Origin: Gemmatimonadota bacterium
Lineage (GTDB): Bacteria; Gemmatimonadota; Gemmatimonadetes; Gemmatimonadales; GWC2-71-9
Reading direction: 5' to 3'
DNA length: 64,000 bases
NCBI GenBank assembly: GCA_041499375.1
Contig: JBGQKD010000011.1
Coordinates: forward strand, 30,214-94,213
In this document: piece after piece, positions 9,722 to 19,127 of the stretch
Layout: every line of letters starts with the position of its first letter
Position numbering within the stretch: position 1 is the stretch's first letter
The notes under the pieces: generated by a model
Told to the model about the DNA's origin: nothing
Database searches by the model: none
The model's input: only the letters and a program-made list of their open reading frames with translations
Translations under genes and position numbers: made by a program

Positions 9722-10947
9722 TTGCCTTCCTGCTTGCCCAAACGATCGCGATCACCGGCGGCACGGTGTATCCCGTCTCGGGGCCGAAGATCGAGAACGC
9801 CACGGTCCTGATTCGCGACGGGAAGATCGCGGCCGTCGGGGCCAACATCGCCGTCCCGGCCGGCGCAACGCGCATTGACGCGTCGGGGAAATGGGTGACG
9901 CCCGGGCTGATCGACGGCGCGGGTCAGATGGGACTGCGGGAGATCGGCGCCGTACAAGGCACCAACGAGTACACGGAGCGCGGCAACGATGTCGCGGCGG
10001 CGTTCAACGCGCTCGAGGGCATCAATCCCGCGTCAACGCTCATTGCGGTGAACCGGATGGAAGGCGTCACGACCACGCTGGCCGTTCCTGGATCGTTGGG
10101 CGTCCCCCCGAGCGGCGGTTTGATCTGGGGCCAAGCGGCGCTCATCGATCTCGACGGTGCCGCGATCGAAACGATGCGAATCAAATCGCCCGCGGCGATG
10201 GTCGCCGGTTTGAGCGAGGCAACGAAAGACGGGAGCGGCGGCTCGCGCGCCGCCGTTGCTCAGCGCCTACGCCGCGTGCTCAACGACGCGCGCGAGTACG
10301 CAACGCGGCGCGCCGATTACCGGCGGCGGCAGATTCAGGATCTCAGCGCCAGCGCTGTCGATCTCGAGGCCCTCCAGCCGGTCCTCCGGGGCGAGCTGCC
10401 GCTGCTCGTCGTCGCGAATCGGCGCAGCGACATCGAAACCGCGCTGCGGATCGCCAAGGAGTACAAGCTGCGGCTGATTCTCGCCGGCGCGGCCGAGGGA
10501 TGGATGATTCCAGACGAGATCGCGGCCGCCGGTGTGCCGGTGCTCGTCGAGCCCATGGACAACATCCCGAGCTTCGACGCCCTCGGCATCCGTTGCGAGA
10601 ACGCGCCGTTGCTCGCCAAGGGCGGCGTGAAGGTGGCGCTGATGGAGACGGTGACCGAGAACACGCGCGACCTGCGCCAGCAGGCCGGCAATGCGGTCGC
10701 GAGCGGGATGACGTGGGAGCAAGCGCTGCGGGCAGTCACGCTGACGCCGGCGGAGATCTTTGGCGTCGCGGATCGGTATGGATCACTGGAGGCTGGGAAG
10801 GTTGCGAACGTGGTAGTATGGACCGGTGACCCGTTCGACTTCTCGACTGGCGTCGAACACGTACTTATTCGGGGCAAGGATATTCCGCTGCGAAGCAGGC
10901 AGACTGAACTTCTTGAGCGCTACAAGTCCCTCCCGCCGAAGTACTAG
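9718..10947 (+). CDS. amidohydrolase-superfamily paralogue with a degenerate metal site
   Basis: The fold matches the upstream gene (TGGTVYPVSG...VLIRDGKIAAVG...WVTPGLID), but GAGQMG replaces the HxH motif. The start forms an ATGA overlap with the upstream stop. Confidence 0.7.
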   Translation: MIAFLLAQTIAITGGTVYPVSGPKIENATVLIRDGKIAAVGANIAVPAGATRIDASGKWVTPGLIDGAGQMGLREIGAVQGTNEYTERGNDVAAAFNALEGINPASTLIAVNRMEGVTTTLAVPGSLGVPPSGGLIWGQAALIDLDGAAIETMRIKSPAAMVAGLSEATKDGSGGSRAAVAQRLRRVLNDAREYATRRADYRRRQIQDLSASAVDLEALQPVLRGELPLLVVANRRSDIETALRIAKEYKLRLILAGAAEGWMIPDEIAAAGVPVLVEPMDNIPSFDALGIRCENAPLLAKGGVKVALMETVTENTRDLRQQAGNAVASGMTWEQALRAVTLTPAEIFGVADRYGSLEAGKVANVVVWTGDPFDFSTGVEHVLIRGKDIPLRSRQTELLERYKSLPPKY

Positions 10948-10950
10948 GGG

Positions 10951-10982
10951 AACAAAAGGGGCGGCGATGATCTCGCCGCCCC
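10951..10982 (-). terminator. intrinsic terminator of rplU-rpmA
   Basis: A perfect 10-bp stem GGGGCGGCGA (10958-10967) pairs with TCGCCGCCCC (10973-10982) around a 5-nt loop. On the minus strand it is followed by TTTTGTT (10951-10957). It lies between convergent genes. Confidence 0.7.
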
Positions 10983-11007
10983 TGGCCGCCGCTTCACCTC
11001 GCCGCCC

Positions 11008-11286
11008 TTAGTTTGTCGCCGCCGCCTTTACGGCTGCCGGATACACACTCACCTGAAACCGCTGCTTGTTCTTGTGCTCGAATTTCACGTGGCCATCGAT
11101 GGTCGTAAACAGCGTATCGTTCGAGGCGCGCCGCACGTTCTTTCCGGGATGGAACTTGGTGCCGCGCTGAATCACGATGATCGTCCCGGCCCGGACGAAC
11201 TCCCCGCCGAACCGCTTCACGCCGAGGTATTTCGGATTGGAGTCGCGCCCGTTGCGCGAGGAGCCGACGCCCTTCTTATGAGCCAT
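11008..11286 (-). CDS. rpmA: 50S ribosomal protein L27
   Basis: The protein begins [28 protein letters not shown]. Confidence 0.97.
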   Translation of the reverse strand: MAHKKGVGSSRNGRDSNPKYLGVKRFGGEFVRAGTIIVIQRGTKFHPGKNVRRASNDTLFTTIDGHVKFEHKNKQRFQVSVYPAAVKAAATN

Positions 11287-11293
11287 GCGATCC

Positions 11294-11611
11294 TCAGCCG
11301 ACCTTCACGTCGGCAATCTTGATTTCGGTGAAGTCCTGCCGGTGTCCACCATGGCGGCGATAGCCGGTCCGGCGCGCAAACCGGAAAATCCGGATCTTCT
11401 TGTCCTTGCCGTGCCGCACGACCTCGGCGGTGACCTTGGCACCCTTGATGTGTGGCTTGCCGCTCTGCACTTCCTTGCCGTCGCTCGCGATCAGCACGTG
11501 ATCGAACGACACCTCGTCCCCCGGCTTCGCGTCGAGCAGCGGGACCTTGATCGTGACGCCCGGTTCGGCGCGGAACTGACGGCCACCGGTGGTGAAAATC
11601 GCGTATGACAT
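11294..11611 (-). CDS. rplU: 50S ribosomal protein L21
   Basis: The protein begins [18 protein letters not shown], and the gene sits directly upstream of rpmA. Confidence 0.96.
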   Translation of the reverse strand: MSYAIFTTGGRQFRAEPGVTIKVPLLDAKPGDEVSFDHVLIASDGKEVQSGKPHIKGAKVTAEVVRHGKDKKIRIFRFARRTGYRRHGGHRQDFTEIKIADVKVG

Positions 11612-11672
11612 AGGGCCGGAACTCTAGTCGGGATACGGAGTTCGGTCAAGTAGGGCGCAGCATGCTGCGCTC

Positions 11673-13313
11673 CTACGCAACCGCATACTGTTCGGTGACG
11701 TCCCGGCCCGCCGGGCGCGCCATCATCCGGAATTCATCGAGTCGCATCATCGGGTCATCGCGTACCTCGAGCTCGAGCCCCGTCTGCTTCTCGAGTTGCC
11801 GCAGGAAGTTAGGCTCCTGCTCCACCAGATAGAGCGCCACCTCGGGATGGAGCCGCACCGACAGCTGCCGCTCCTTGTGATCGGCGCCCGCCCGCTTGAG
11901 GGACCGCTCCATCCGCCGCACCACGACTTCAGGCCGGAAGACGCGGCCCGTCCCGCTGCACGTGGGGCATTCGATTGTCATCGACTGCCACAGCGACGGC
12001 CTGACGCGTTGCCGAGTCATCTCGATCAGGCCCAGCTCGGAGACCGCGAAGGCTCGGGTGCGCGCGCGGTCGCGGCCGAGGTGAGTGCGGAGCTCCTGCA
12101 GCACCTTGTCGCGGTTGGAGCGCGTCTCCATGTCGATGAAGTCGACCACGATGATCCCGCCGATATCCCGCAACCGGAGCTGGCGCGCGACCTCGCGAGC
12201 GGCCTCGAGGTTGGTGCGCAGGATCGTGCTTTCGGGATCTCGCTTCCCGGTGTAGCGCCCAGTATTCACGTCGATCGAGATCAACGCCTCGGTCGGCTGG
12301 ATGATCAGGTAACCGCCCGTCGGCAGCTCCACCCGCTGCTTGAAGAGATTGCGGATCTCCGCCTCGATGTCGTATTCGTCGAAGAGCGGAGTCTCGGCGG
12401 TGTACAGCTTGACCCTGGGCAGCAGCTCGGGGTCGATCTGCTTCAAGTACTGCTCCACTTCGTTGTAGAGCAGCTTGGAGTCGACGAGGAGCAGGTCGAC
12501 GTTGTCCGACAGCAGGTCGCGCACGATGCCCCGCGTGAGACTCGTCTCGCGCTGTACCAGCTGCGGTGCCCGGCCGGACGCCTGCTTCCGCTTGATCTTC
12601 TTCCAGAGGCCAAGCAGGTGGTCGATCTCACGCTTGCAGCTTGCTTCGGTGAGGTCGTCGGCGACGGTGCGGATGATCCAGCCGCCCGAATCCGGCGGGA
12701 CGAGCTTCGTCACCATTTCGCGGAGCTTCGCGCGTTGCTCGCGCGCCTCGATCTTGCGGGAGACGCCGACCTTGGAGGCGAACGGCATGTAGACGAGGAA
12801 CCGGCCGGCGAGCGAGACCTGCGCGGTGACGCGTGGTCCCTTGGTACCGATGGCTTCCTTGATGACCTGGACGAGCTTGGTCTGACCGCGCTTCAGCTCG
12901 TCGGCGATGTTGGGCGCCGGGCGGCGCCGCGACGGGCGCGGCTGGCCGCGCCGATTCGCAACGGTCTGCGCTCCGCCCTTCCCTTCACCTCGACCACCAC
13001 CGTTACCGCTCCCGTTCCCGTTCCCGTCGCCGTTTCCTTCGTCCACATCTTCCGGCTCGCGGTCCTCGGGGTCCTCGTCCTCTTCCGCCTCGATTAGATC
13101 GGAGGCGTGGAGGAAGGCGCTCTTTTCGGCGCCGATGTCGACGAAGGCGGCCTGAATGCCGGGCAGGACGGCCTCGACTTTGCCGACGTAGATGTCGCCG
13201 ACCGAACGGTGGGAGTCGGGACGATCGACCAGGAGCTCAACAAGGCGGTCGTCCTCGAGAATGGCCACGCGGGTCTCCCGCGGGCTTCCAGAGATCAATA
13301 TTTCGCGCTTCAA
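11673..13313 (-). CDS. rng: ribonuclease G / RNase E-G family endoribonuclease
   Basis: It has an S1-like N-terminus (GDIYVGKVEAVLPGIQAAFVDIG), a catalytic core (LISIDVNTG, GGIIVVDFIDM) and a Zn-link CPTCSGTG. The start is TTG. Confidence 0.85.
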   Translation of the reverse strand: MKREILISGSPRETRVAILEDDRLVELLVDRPDSHRSVGDIYVGKVEAVLPGIQAAFVDIGAEKSAFLHASDLIEAEEDEDPEDREPEDVDEGNGDGNGNGSGNGGGRGEGKGGAQTVANRRGQPRPSRRRPAPNIADELKRGQTKLVQVIKEAIGTKGPRVTAQVSLAGRFLVYMPFASKVGVSRKIEAREQRAKLREMVTKLVPPDSGGWIIRTVADDLTEASCKREIDHLLGLWKKIKRKQASGRAPQLVQRETSLTRGIVRDLLSDNVDLLLVDSKLLYNEVEQYLKQIDPELLPRVKLYTAETPLFDEYDIEAEIRNLFKQRVELPTGGYLIIQPTEALISIDVNTGRYTGKRDPESTILRTNLEAAREVARQLRLRDIGGIIVVDFIDMETRSNRDKVLQELRTHLGRDRARTRAFAVSELGLIEMTRQRVRPSLWQSMTIECPTCSGTGRVFRPEVVVRRMERSLKRAGADHKERQLSVRLHPEVALYLVEQEPNFLRQLEKQTGLELEVRDDPMMRLDEFRMMARPAGRDVTEQYAVA

Positions 13314-13501
13314 AGCAGTGACCCTCGCGCCCCGGCGGGAAGCAGCCGCCCCCCGGGAGCCTGTGGTTTTCCCAGCAATAGTCCAACTCGCCCGGCCCAG
13401 TTACGGGCGGCACGGGCAGTGAGATGAGTCGATTGGAGAGGCGGCTGAGAGACGCCAGAGACCAATGCATGACGTAAACCTAAGACGAGCGGGAATTTAG
13501 G

Positions 13502-14722
13502 TCAATCTATCAGACCGCCCAGCAACTGCCGGGCGATTACGACCCGCTGAATCTCGCTCGTCCCTTCGCCGATCTCGCAGATCTTGGCGTCCCGCATCAT
13601 CCGCTCGACTGGGTACTCCGTCGTATAGCCGTAGCCCCCATGCAGCTGGACCGCCTTGGTCGTCGCCCGCATGCAGAGCTCGGAGGCGTAGAGCTTCGCC
13701 ATCGCCGCCTCCTTCTTGAACGGATGGCCGTGCTGCTTGAGCCAGGCGGCGTGATAGACGAGCTGCTTGGCGGCCTCGATCTCGGTCGCCATGTCGGCGA
13801 GGGCGAAATGCACGCCCTGGAAGCTCGCGATGGGCCGGCCGAACTGCTTCCGAGTGGAGGTATACGTGAGGCACTCCTCCAGCGCGCCCTCCGCCAGGCC
13901 GAGCGACAGGGCGGCGATGCCGATCCGGCCGCCGTCCAGCGTGTGCAGGAACTGCCGGAACCCGTTGTTGACCGGTCCGAGGACATTCTCCTTCGGGACG
14001 ACCGCGTCCTGGAAGATCAGCTCCCGCGTGTCGGAGGCGCGCCAGCCGAGCTTGTCTTCTTTCTTGCCCGAGAGCACACCGCGGTTCTTCGGCAGCTCGG
14101 GCGCGTGTCCGACCCCGACCCGCTTCGTCTCTTCGAGATCGCAGGTGTCCTTGGTGACGATGAAGGCGGTGATCCCGTGCGTGCGCTTCGCGTTCGGGTC
14201 GGTGCGCGCCGTGACGCAGAAGATTTCTCCCACGCCCGCGTGCGTAATGAAGATCTTGGAGCCGTTGAGCACGTAGTGGTCGCCGCGATCGACAGCCGTG
14301 GTCTTGGTGCCGCCCGCGTCCGATCCCGCGCCAGGCTCCGTCAGCCCAAAGCCGCCGAGCACTTTGCCGGCTGCGAGGAACGGTACGAAGCGCCGCTTCT
14401 GCTCGTCGGTGCCGAAATCCATGATCGGCGACGTGCCGAGCGTGGTGTGGGCGCTGACGGTGATGGCGTGACTGGCATCGACCTTCGCGAGCTCGTGGAT
14501 GACCGTGATGTAGGACAGGTAATCCATCCCCGACCCGCCCAGCTCCTCCGGCCACGGAATGCCGAACAGCCCGAGCTCCGCCATCTGCTTGACGTTGTCC
14601 CAGGGGAAGCGGCTGTCGAGATCGTATTGGCGTGCGGTGGGTTTGACGACGTTGCGGGCGAAGTCTCGGACCATCTCGCGCACCTGGAGATGGTCATCGG
14701 AGAAGTAGAGGCTGTCGTGCAT
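13502..14722 (-). CDS. acyl-CoA dehydrogenase
   Basis: ACAD motifs [22 protein letters not shown] and YEGTSEIQ-like ([15 protein letters not shown]) are present. Confidence 0.9.
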   Translation of the reverse strand: MHDSLYFSDDHLQVREMVRDFARNVVKPTARQYDLDSRFPWDNVKQMAELGLFGIPWPEELGGSGMDYLSYITVIHELAKVDASHAITVSAHTTLGTSPIMDFGTDEQKRRFVPFLAAGKVLGGFGLTEPGAGSDAGGTKTTAVDRGDHYVLNGSKIFITHAGVGEIFCVTARTDPNAKRTHGITAFIVTKDTCDLEETKRVGVGHAPELPKNRGVLSGKKEDKLGWRASDTRELIFQDAVVPKENVLGPVNNGFRQFLHTLDGGRIGIAALSLGLAEGALEECLTYTSTRKQFGRPIASFQGVHFALADMATEIEAAKQLVYHAAWLKQHGHPFKKEAAMAKLYASELCMRATTKAVQLHGGYGYTTEYPVERMMRDAKICEIGEGTSEIQRVVIARQLLGGLID

Positions 14723-14734
14723 CCCGAAATATGC

Positions 14735-15847
14735 TCAGGGCTCCCCGAAGTACTCCAGTATCATGGCTCGATGGTTTGTCCGGGATTCGACATAGCGTTT
14801 CATGGCAGGACTGATGTTGCCCCAGGCAGAATCCTGGGGTCGCCACAACACGACACATTCAGAAGCATTGCCGTCTCTGCCGCCCCTGCCGGCCTCCTGA
14901 TAGTAAGCCTCGAGCGTCGGCGGTGGCCCCCAATGGAGCACCTGTCGGACGTCCGGCTTGTCTATGCCCATCCCGAAGGCGCTCGTTGCGACGATGACGT
15001 GCACCCGATCGGCGAGGAACGCCCGCAGCACGCGCCGGCGGACGGTTGCGCTGAGGCCGGCGTGATAGGGGGCCGCGCGCACGCTCGAGCGCAGCAGCGC
15101 GCGTGTGATCAGCTCCGTCAGCCGTCGAGTGGGCGCATAGATCAGGGACGCACCGGCCGCGTCGCGGACGCGCTGGCGGATCAGGGCGAAGCGCTCGCGG
15201 TCGTCGCGAACCCGCCGCACGGTGAAGGCGAGATTGGGACGATCGAACGACGTGACGATGACCTCGGCATCGGCCATCCGCAACACGTGCAGGATGTCGG
15301 CGCGTGCGGCAGGGGTCGCACTTCCCGTCAGGGCAATCGTCGGGGGTCGTCCGAGGAGCGACCGGAACACGCCGAGGCGGCGATAGACCGGACGAAATTC
15401 ATTGCCCCATTCGGTGATGCAGTGCGCCTCGTCAATCGCCAACAGCGCGACGCGCGTCCCCGCTGCGGACAGGCGTCGCGCGAGGGATCCCAATCGTTCG
15501 GGCGCAGAGTACAGCAGTACCAGTCGTCCGGCCGTGGCCGCGTCCAGGATGACGCGCCGCTGGCCGGCGTCGAGCTGGCTGTTCACGTACGCCGCCGCGA
15601 TGCCGCGCCGCCGCAACGCGCCCACCTGGTCCTGCATCAGCGAGATCAGGGGTGAGACCACGAGGGTGAGCCCGGCGCCAAGCAACGCCGGCACCTGGTA
15701 GCACAGCGATTTGCCGGCGCCGGTGGGTAGCACCGCCAGCACGTTGCGACCCGCGAGCAGCGGGCCCAGCACCTTGAGCTGATGCACGCGGAACCGCGCG
15801 TGACCGAATCGGTCCCTGAGGATTGCGCGCGCGGCGTCGAGACTCAT
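14735..15847 (-). CDS. RecQ-family DNA helicase core, short form (370 aa)
   Basis: It has Walker A LPTGAGKSLCYQ, a DEAH box AIDEAHCITEWG, and ATSAFGMGIDKPDVR. The protein ends at ...MILEYFGEP, the start of the RecQ Zn-binding region. Confidence 0.8.
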   Translation of the reverse strand: MSLDAARAILRDRFGHARFRVHQLKVLGPLLAGRNVLAVLPTGAGKSLCYQVPALLGAGLTLVVSPLISLMQDQVGALRRRGIAAAYVNSQLDAGQRRVILDAATAGRLVLLYSAPERLGSLARRLSAAGTRVALLAIDEAHCITEWGNEFRPVYRRLGVFRSLLGRPPTIALTGSATPAARADILHVLRMADAEVIVTSFDRPNLAFTVRRVRDDRERFALIRQRVRDAAGASLIYAPTRRLTELITRALLRSSVRAAPYHAGLSATVRRRVLRAFLADRVHVIVATSAFGMGIDKPDVRQVLHWGPPPTLEAYYQEAGRGGRDGNASECVVLWRPQDSAWGNISPAMKRYVESRTNHRAMILEYFGEP

Positions 15848-15918
15848 CAGACATCCTTTGCGTCCCGAGCCCCGAACCCCCTATCCCAAACACGCGGCGC
15901 GGGGCACGTTTACGCGTC

Positions 15919-18057
15919 ATGCCTCCTCTATTCCTAGCCACACTCATGCTGGTACAAACCGTGACATATCCCCTCGCCCGCACAGGCGACGTCGTCGACG
16001 ACTACCACGGCACCAAAGTCGCCGACCCCTACCGGTGGCTCGAGGATGTGGACTCGCCGGACACGCGCAGCTGGGTCGAGGCGGAGAATCGCGTCACCTT
16101 CGCCTATCTGGAGCAGATCCCCGAGCGCGAGCGGATCCGCCGGCGCCTCACCGAGCTGTGGGACTATCCGAAATACGGCGCTCCGTTCAAGAAGGGCGGC
16201 CGGTATTTCTTCTTCAAGAATTCCGGACTGCAGAACCAGTCGGTCCTCTACACGCAGAGCGCGTTGACGGCCGAGCCGGAGGTCCTGCTCGATCCGAATA
16301 CGCTCTCGTCCGATGGGACGGTTGCGCTCTCGATCCTCGCGTTTGCCGAGGACGGGCGGACGATGGTGTACGGAACGTCGGGCAGCGGCTCGGACTGGCA
16401 GGAGTTCCGCGTGCGCGATGTGGCGACGCGGCAGGACCGGCCCGATCACCTCAAGTGGATCAAGTTCTCGGGCGCCGCCTGGACGCACGATGGCGCCGGC
16501 TTCTTCTATAGTCGCTATCCGGAGCCGGCCGCCGGTGCCGATCCGCTGCTCGAGGTCAATCACAACCAGAAGGTCTATTACCACAAGCTGGGCACCGACC
16601 AATCGGCCGACCGGCTGATCTACGAGCGGCCCGATCATCCCGACTGGGGCTTCGGCGTCGAAGTCAGCGCCGACGGGCGCTACGCGGTCTACACCGTGTG
16701 GCTCGGTACCGACCGGCGCAATCGCATCTACTATCAGGACCTCGCCGACCCCACGCGCCCTCGGCTCGAGGCGCCCGTCGTCCGTCTGCTCGACGATTTC
16801 GATGCGTCGTATGGATTTGTGGGGAATACTGGACCGACGTTCTTCTTCCAGACCGACAACGCCGCGCCGCGAGGACGGATCATCGCCGTAGACACGCGCC
16901 ACGCCCAAGCGGCCGCGTGGCGCGAGGTCGTCTCGCAGGCGCCCGACGTGATCGAAGGCTCGCAGATCGTCCACCACACCTTCGTCATTCGCTATCTCCA
17001 CGACGCGTATTCGCAGGTGCGCCTGTTCGCGCTCGACGGCAAGCCGGCCGGGAACGTGCCGCTCCCGACCCTGGGCTCCGTCGTGCAGGTGACCGGAGAG
17101 CCGAACGACACCGAGATGTTCTACGCGTTCACATCGTTCCTGTATCCCACGACGATCTTCCGGCACGACTTCGCCACCGGGAAGTCGACCGTGTTCAAGG
17201 CACCGGAGATCGCGTTCGACCCCACGAAATACGAGACGGTCCAGGTCTTCTACCACAGCAAGGACGGCACGCGTGTCCCGCTGTTCCTGACGTACAAGAA
17301 GGGATTGAAGCAGGACGGCTCGAACGCGACCTACCTGTACGGCTACGGCGGGTTCAACGTCAACATGACGCCGGGCTTCTCGATCGGCGTACTCGCCTGG
17401 CTGGAGATGGGCGGGGTGTACGCGCAGGCAGTGCTGCGCGGCGGATCGGAGTACGGTGAGGAGTGGCATCAGGCGGGGATGCTGGACCGCAAGCAGAACG
17501 TGTTCGACGACTTCATTGCCGCCGCCGAGTATCTGATCGCCGAGGGCTACACGTCACCGCCCAAGCTGGCGATCGGTGGGGGTTCGAACGGCGGCCTCCT
17601 GATCGGTGCCGTGCTCAATCAGCGGCCCGAGCTGTTCGGCGCCGCACTGCCGGCGGTCGGCGTGATGGACATGCTGCGCTTTCACAAGTTCACGATCGGC
17701 TGGGCATGGGTGACGGAGTACGGGTCGGCCGACAGCGTCGGGCAATTTCCGTTCCTCTATCGTTACTCACCGATCCACAACATGAAGGCGGGGACGCACT
17801 ATCCCGCCACACTGATTACGACCGCCGACCACGACGACCGCGTGGTGCCGGGGCACTCGTTCAAATACGCCGCGACGCTCCAGACGGCGCAGGGCGGCCC
17901 CGATCCGGTGCTGATACGGATCGAGACCAAGGCCGGCCACGGCGCCGGCAAGCCGACCGCCAAGGTGATCGAGGAGCAGACCGATCGTTGGGCGTTCCTC
18001 GTTCACAATCTCCACATGCAGCTAGCGGCACAGACTCCGTCGCCGGCGGGGCCCTAG
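15919..18057 (+). CDS. prolyl oligopeptidase (S9A)
   Basis: The N-terminus carries DPYRWLED. The catalytic Ser motif is GGSNGGLL, and the C-terminal region has DHDDRV...GHG. The ATG is at aa 33 of track ORF 15823. Confidence 0.9.
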   Translation: MPPLFLATLMLVQTVTYPLARTGDVVDDYHGTKVADPYRWLEDVDSPDTRSWVEAENRVTFAYLEQIPERERIRRRLTELWDYPKYGAPFKKGGRYFFFKNSGLQNQSVLYTQSALTAEPEVLLDPNTLSSDGTVALSILAFAEDGRTMVYGTSGSGSDWQEFRVRDVATRQDRPDHLKWIKFSGAAWTHDGAGFFYSRYPEPAAGADPLLEVNHNQKVYYHKLGTDQSADRLIYERPDHPDWGFGVEVSADGRYAVYTVWLGTDRRNRIYYQDLADPTRPRLEAPVVRLLDDFDASYGFVGNTGPTFFFQTDNAAPRGRIIAVDTRHAQAAAWREVVSQAPDVIEGSQIVHHTFVIRYLHDAYSQVRLFALDGKPAGNVPLPTLGSVVQVTGEPNDTEMFYAFTSFLYPTTIFRHDFATGKSTVFKAPEIAFDPTKYETVQVFYHSKDGTRVPLFLTYKKGLKQDGSNATYLYGYGGFNVNMTPGFSIGVLAWLEMGGVYAQAVLRGGSEYGEEWHQAGMLDRKQNVFDDFIAAAEYLIAEGYTSPPKLAIGGGSNGGLLIGAVLNQRPELFGAALPAVGVMDMLRFHKFTIGWAWVTEYGSADSVGQFPFLYRYSPIHNMKAGTHYPATLITTADHDDRVVPGHSFKYAATLQTAQGGPDPVLIRIETKAGHGAGKPTAKVIEEQTDRWAFLVHNLHMQLAAQTPSPAGP

Positions 18058-18069
18058 GGAGACGACCGC

Positions 18070-18813
18070 ATGCCCAAGGTGAACTGTTCGCTCTGCGACG
18101 CCGTGGTGGAAGGCCGCACGCTCGCGTCTCCCCAGAAGCTCGAGAACCGGATTCTCGATCTGATCAAAAAGGATCGGCCGGAGTGGGAGGCAAAGCGCGG
18201 GATCTGCGCAAATTGTCTCGAGACCTATCGCGCGAAGAAATTCATCGGGTATCTCGAGGCCGAGTATCAGAAGCTGTCGGAGCTCGAGCATGCGGTCGTG
18301 TCGAAAGTCACTCGGCGTGGGCGCGTGAGTAAGCTCGTGCATCAAGACATGGATACGTCGATGACGTTCGGCGAGCGCGTCGCCGACAAGGTCGCGCAAT
18401 TTGGTGGCAGCTGGAGATTCATCGGTCTGTTCGGCGGGATCCTCGTCGCCTGGATGATTGTGAACGCCTGGGTGCTCGCGCGTCATCCGTTCGATCCCTA
18501 CCCGTTCATTCTCCTGAACCTCGTGCTGTCGGCGCTCGCGGCGCTCCAGGCGCCGGTGATCATGATGAGCCAGAACCGCCAGGCGCACAAAGACCGGATG
18601 CAGGCGAATCAGGACTACGAGATCAACTTGATGGCGGAGATTGAAATCCGGGATTTACACGACAAGTTGGATTCGTTGCGATTCAAGCAGTGGCACGAGC
18701 TGTGGCACATTCAGAAGCGACAAATCGAACTGCTCGAGCATTTGTGTGAGCGGCAGGCGAATCCTGATATGAAGACGCCCGCGCCTACTCCCTACGTCCC
18801 GCCGGATCTCTAG
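18070..18813 (+). CDS. DUF1003-family membrane protein with an N-terminal 4-Cys zinc ribbon
   Basis: The zinc ribbon is CSLCD...CANC. The DUF1003-like core is FGGSWRFIGLF...DPYPFILLNLVLSALAALQAPVIMMSQNRQ. Confidence 0.78.
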   Translation: MPKVNCSLCDAVVEGRTLASPQKLENRILDLIKKDRPEWEAKRGICANCLETYRAKKFIGYLEAEYQKLSELEHAVVSKVTRRGRVSKLVHQDMDTSMTFGERVADKVAQFGGSWRFIGLFGGILVAWMIVNAWVLARHPFDPYPFILLNLVLSALAALQAPVIMMSQNRQAHKDRMQANQDYEINLMAEIEIRDLHDKLDSLRFKQWHELWHIQKRQIELLEHLCERQANPDMKTPAPTPYVPPDL

Positions 18814-19127
18814 CCCGCGTCTTTCCAGTCAATGGGATAGCTCCGACCGCATTCGTGGCACTTGGCCTCTCGCTTGCCTTCCGGAATGACGGTGCGCGCG
18901 TGGCATCCTGGGCACACCAAATGCGGCTCACGCACCACGCTCCAGGCGTTCGGTCGTTCGCCGCGAATTTCGACGTCGCCCTTCGGAATCCGAATCTCCA
19001 CGTGGTGCACATCGAGCACGACGTAGTCTTTCGGTGGATTCTCTACGACGCGATACCAGGCGCCGCGCCGCAGTCCCTGCGCCTCCGCGCGACCGCCGCG
19101 ACTGCGCGCCCACCCGATATCAGCCAT
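18810..19127 (-). CDS. hypothetical 105-aa protein with a C-terminal zinc ribbon
   Basis: The zinc ribbon is CPGCH...CHECG. The start is taken at the internal ATG (aa 37 of the track ORF), which gives an 8-nt overlap with the upstream GroES-like gene. I recognise no family. Confidence 0.5.
   Translation of the reverse strand: MADIGWARSRGGRAEAQGLRRGAWYRVVENPPKDYVVLDVHHVEIRIPKGDVEIRGERPNAWSVVREPHLVCPGCHARTVIPEGKREAKCHECGRSYPIDWKDAG

Noticed and set aside
11651-11675. The near-perfect palindrome TAGGGCGCAGCATGCTGCGCTCCTA, which overlaps the rng stop codon, could be an intrinsic terminator.
   Set aside because: No U-tract follows it on the minus strand, and rplU starts 40 nt downstream. It may be an RNA processing or stability hairpin, or a protein-binding site, but I cannot support a terminator call.
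13314-13501. The 188-nt region upstream of rng could hold an ncRNA or riboswitch. Track ORF 13237-13470 (-) also lies here.
   Set aside because: I see no convincing conserved-looking structure or known riboswitch core by eye. The small ORF overlaps the rng start and has spurious composition. The region is most simply the rng promoter and 5' UTR.
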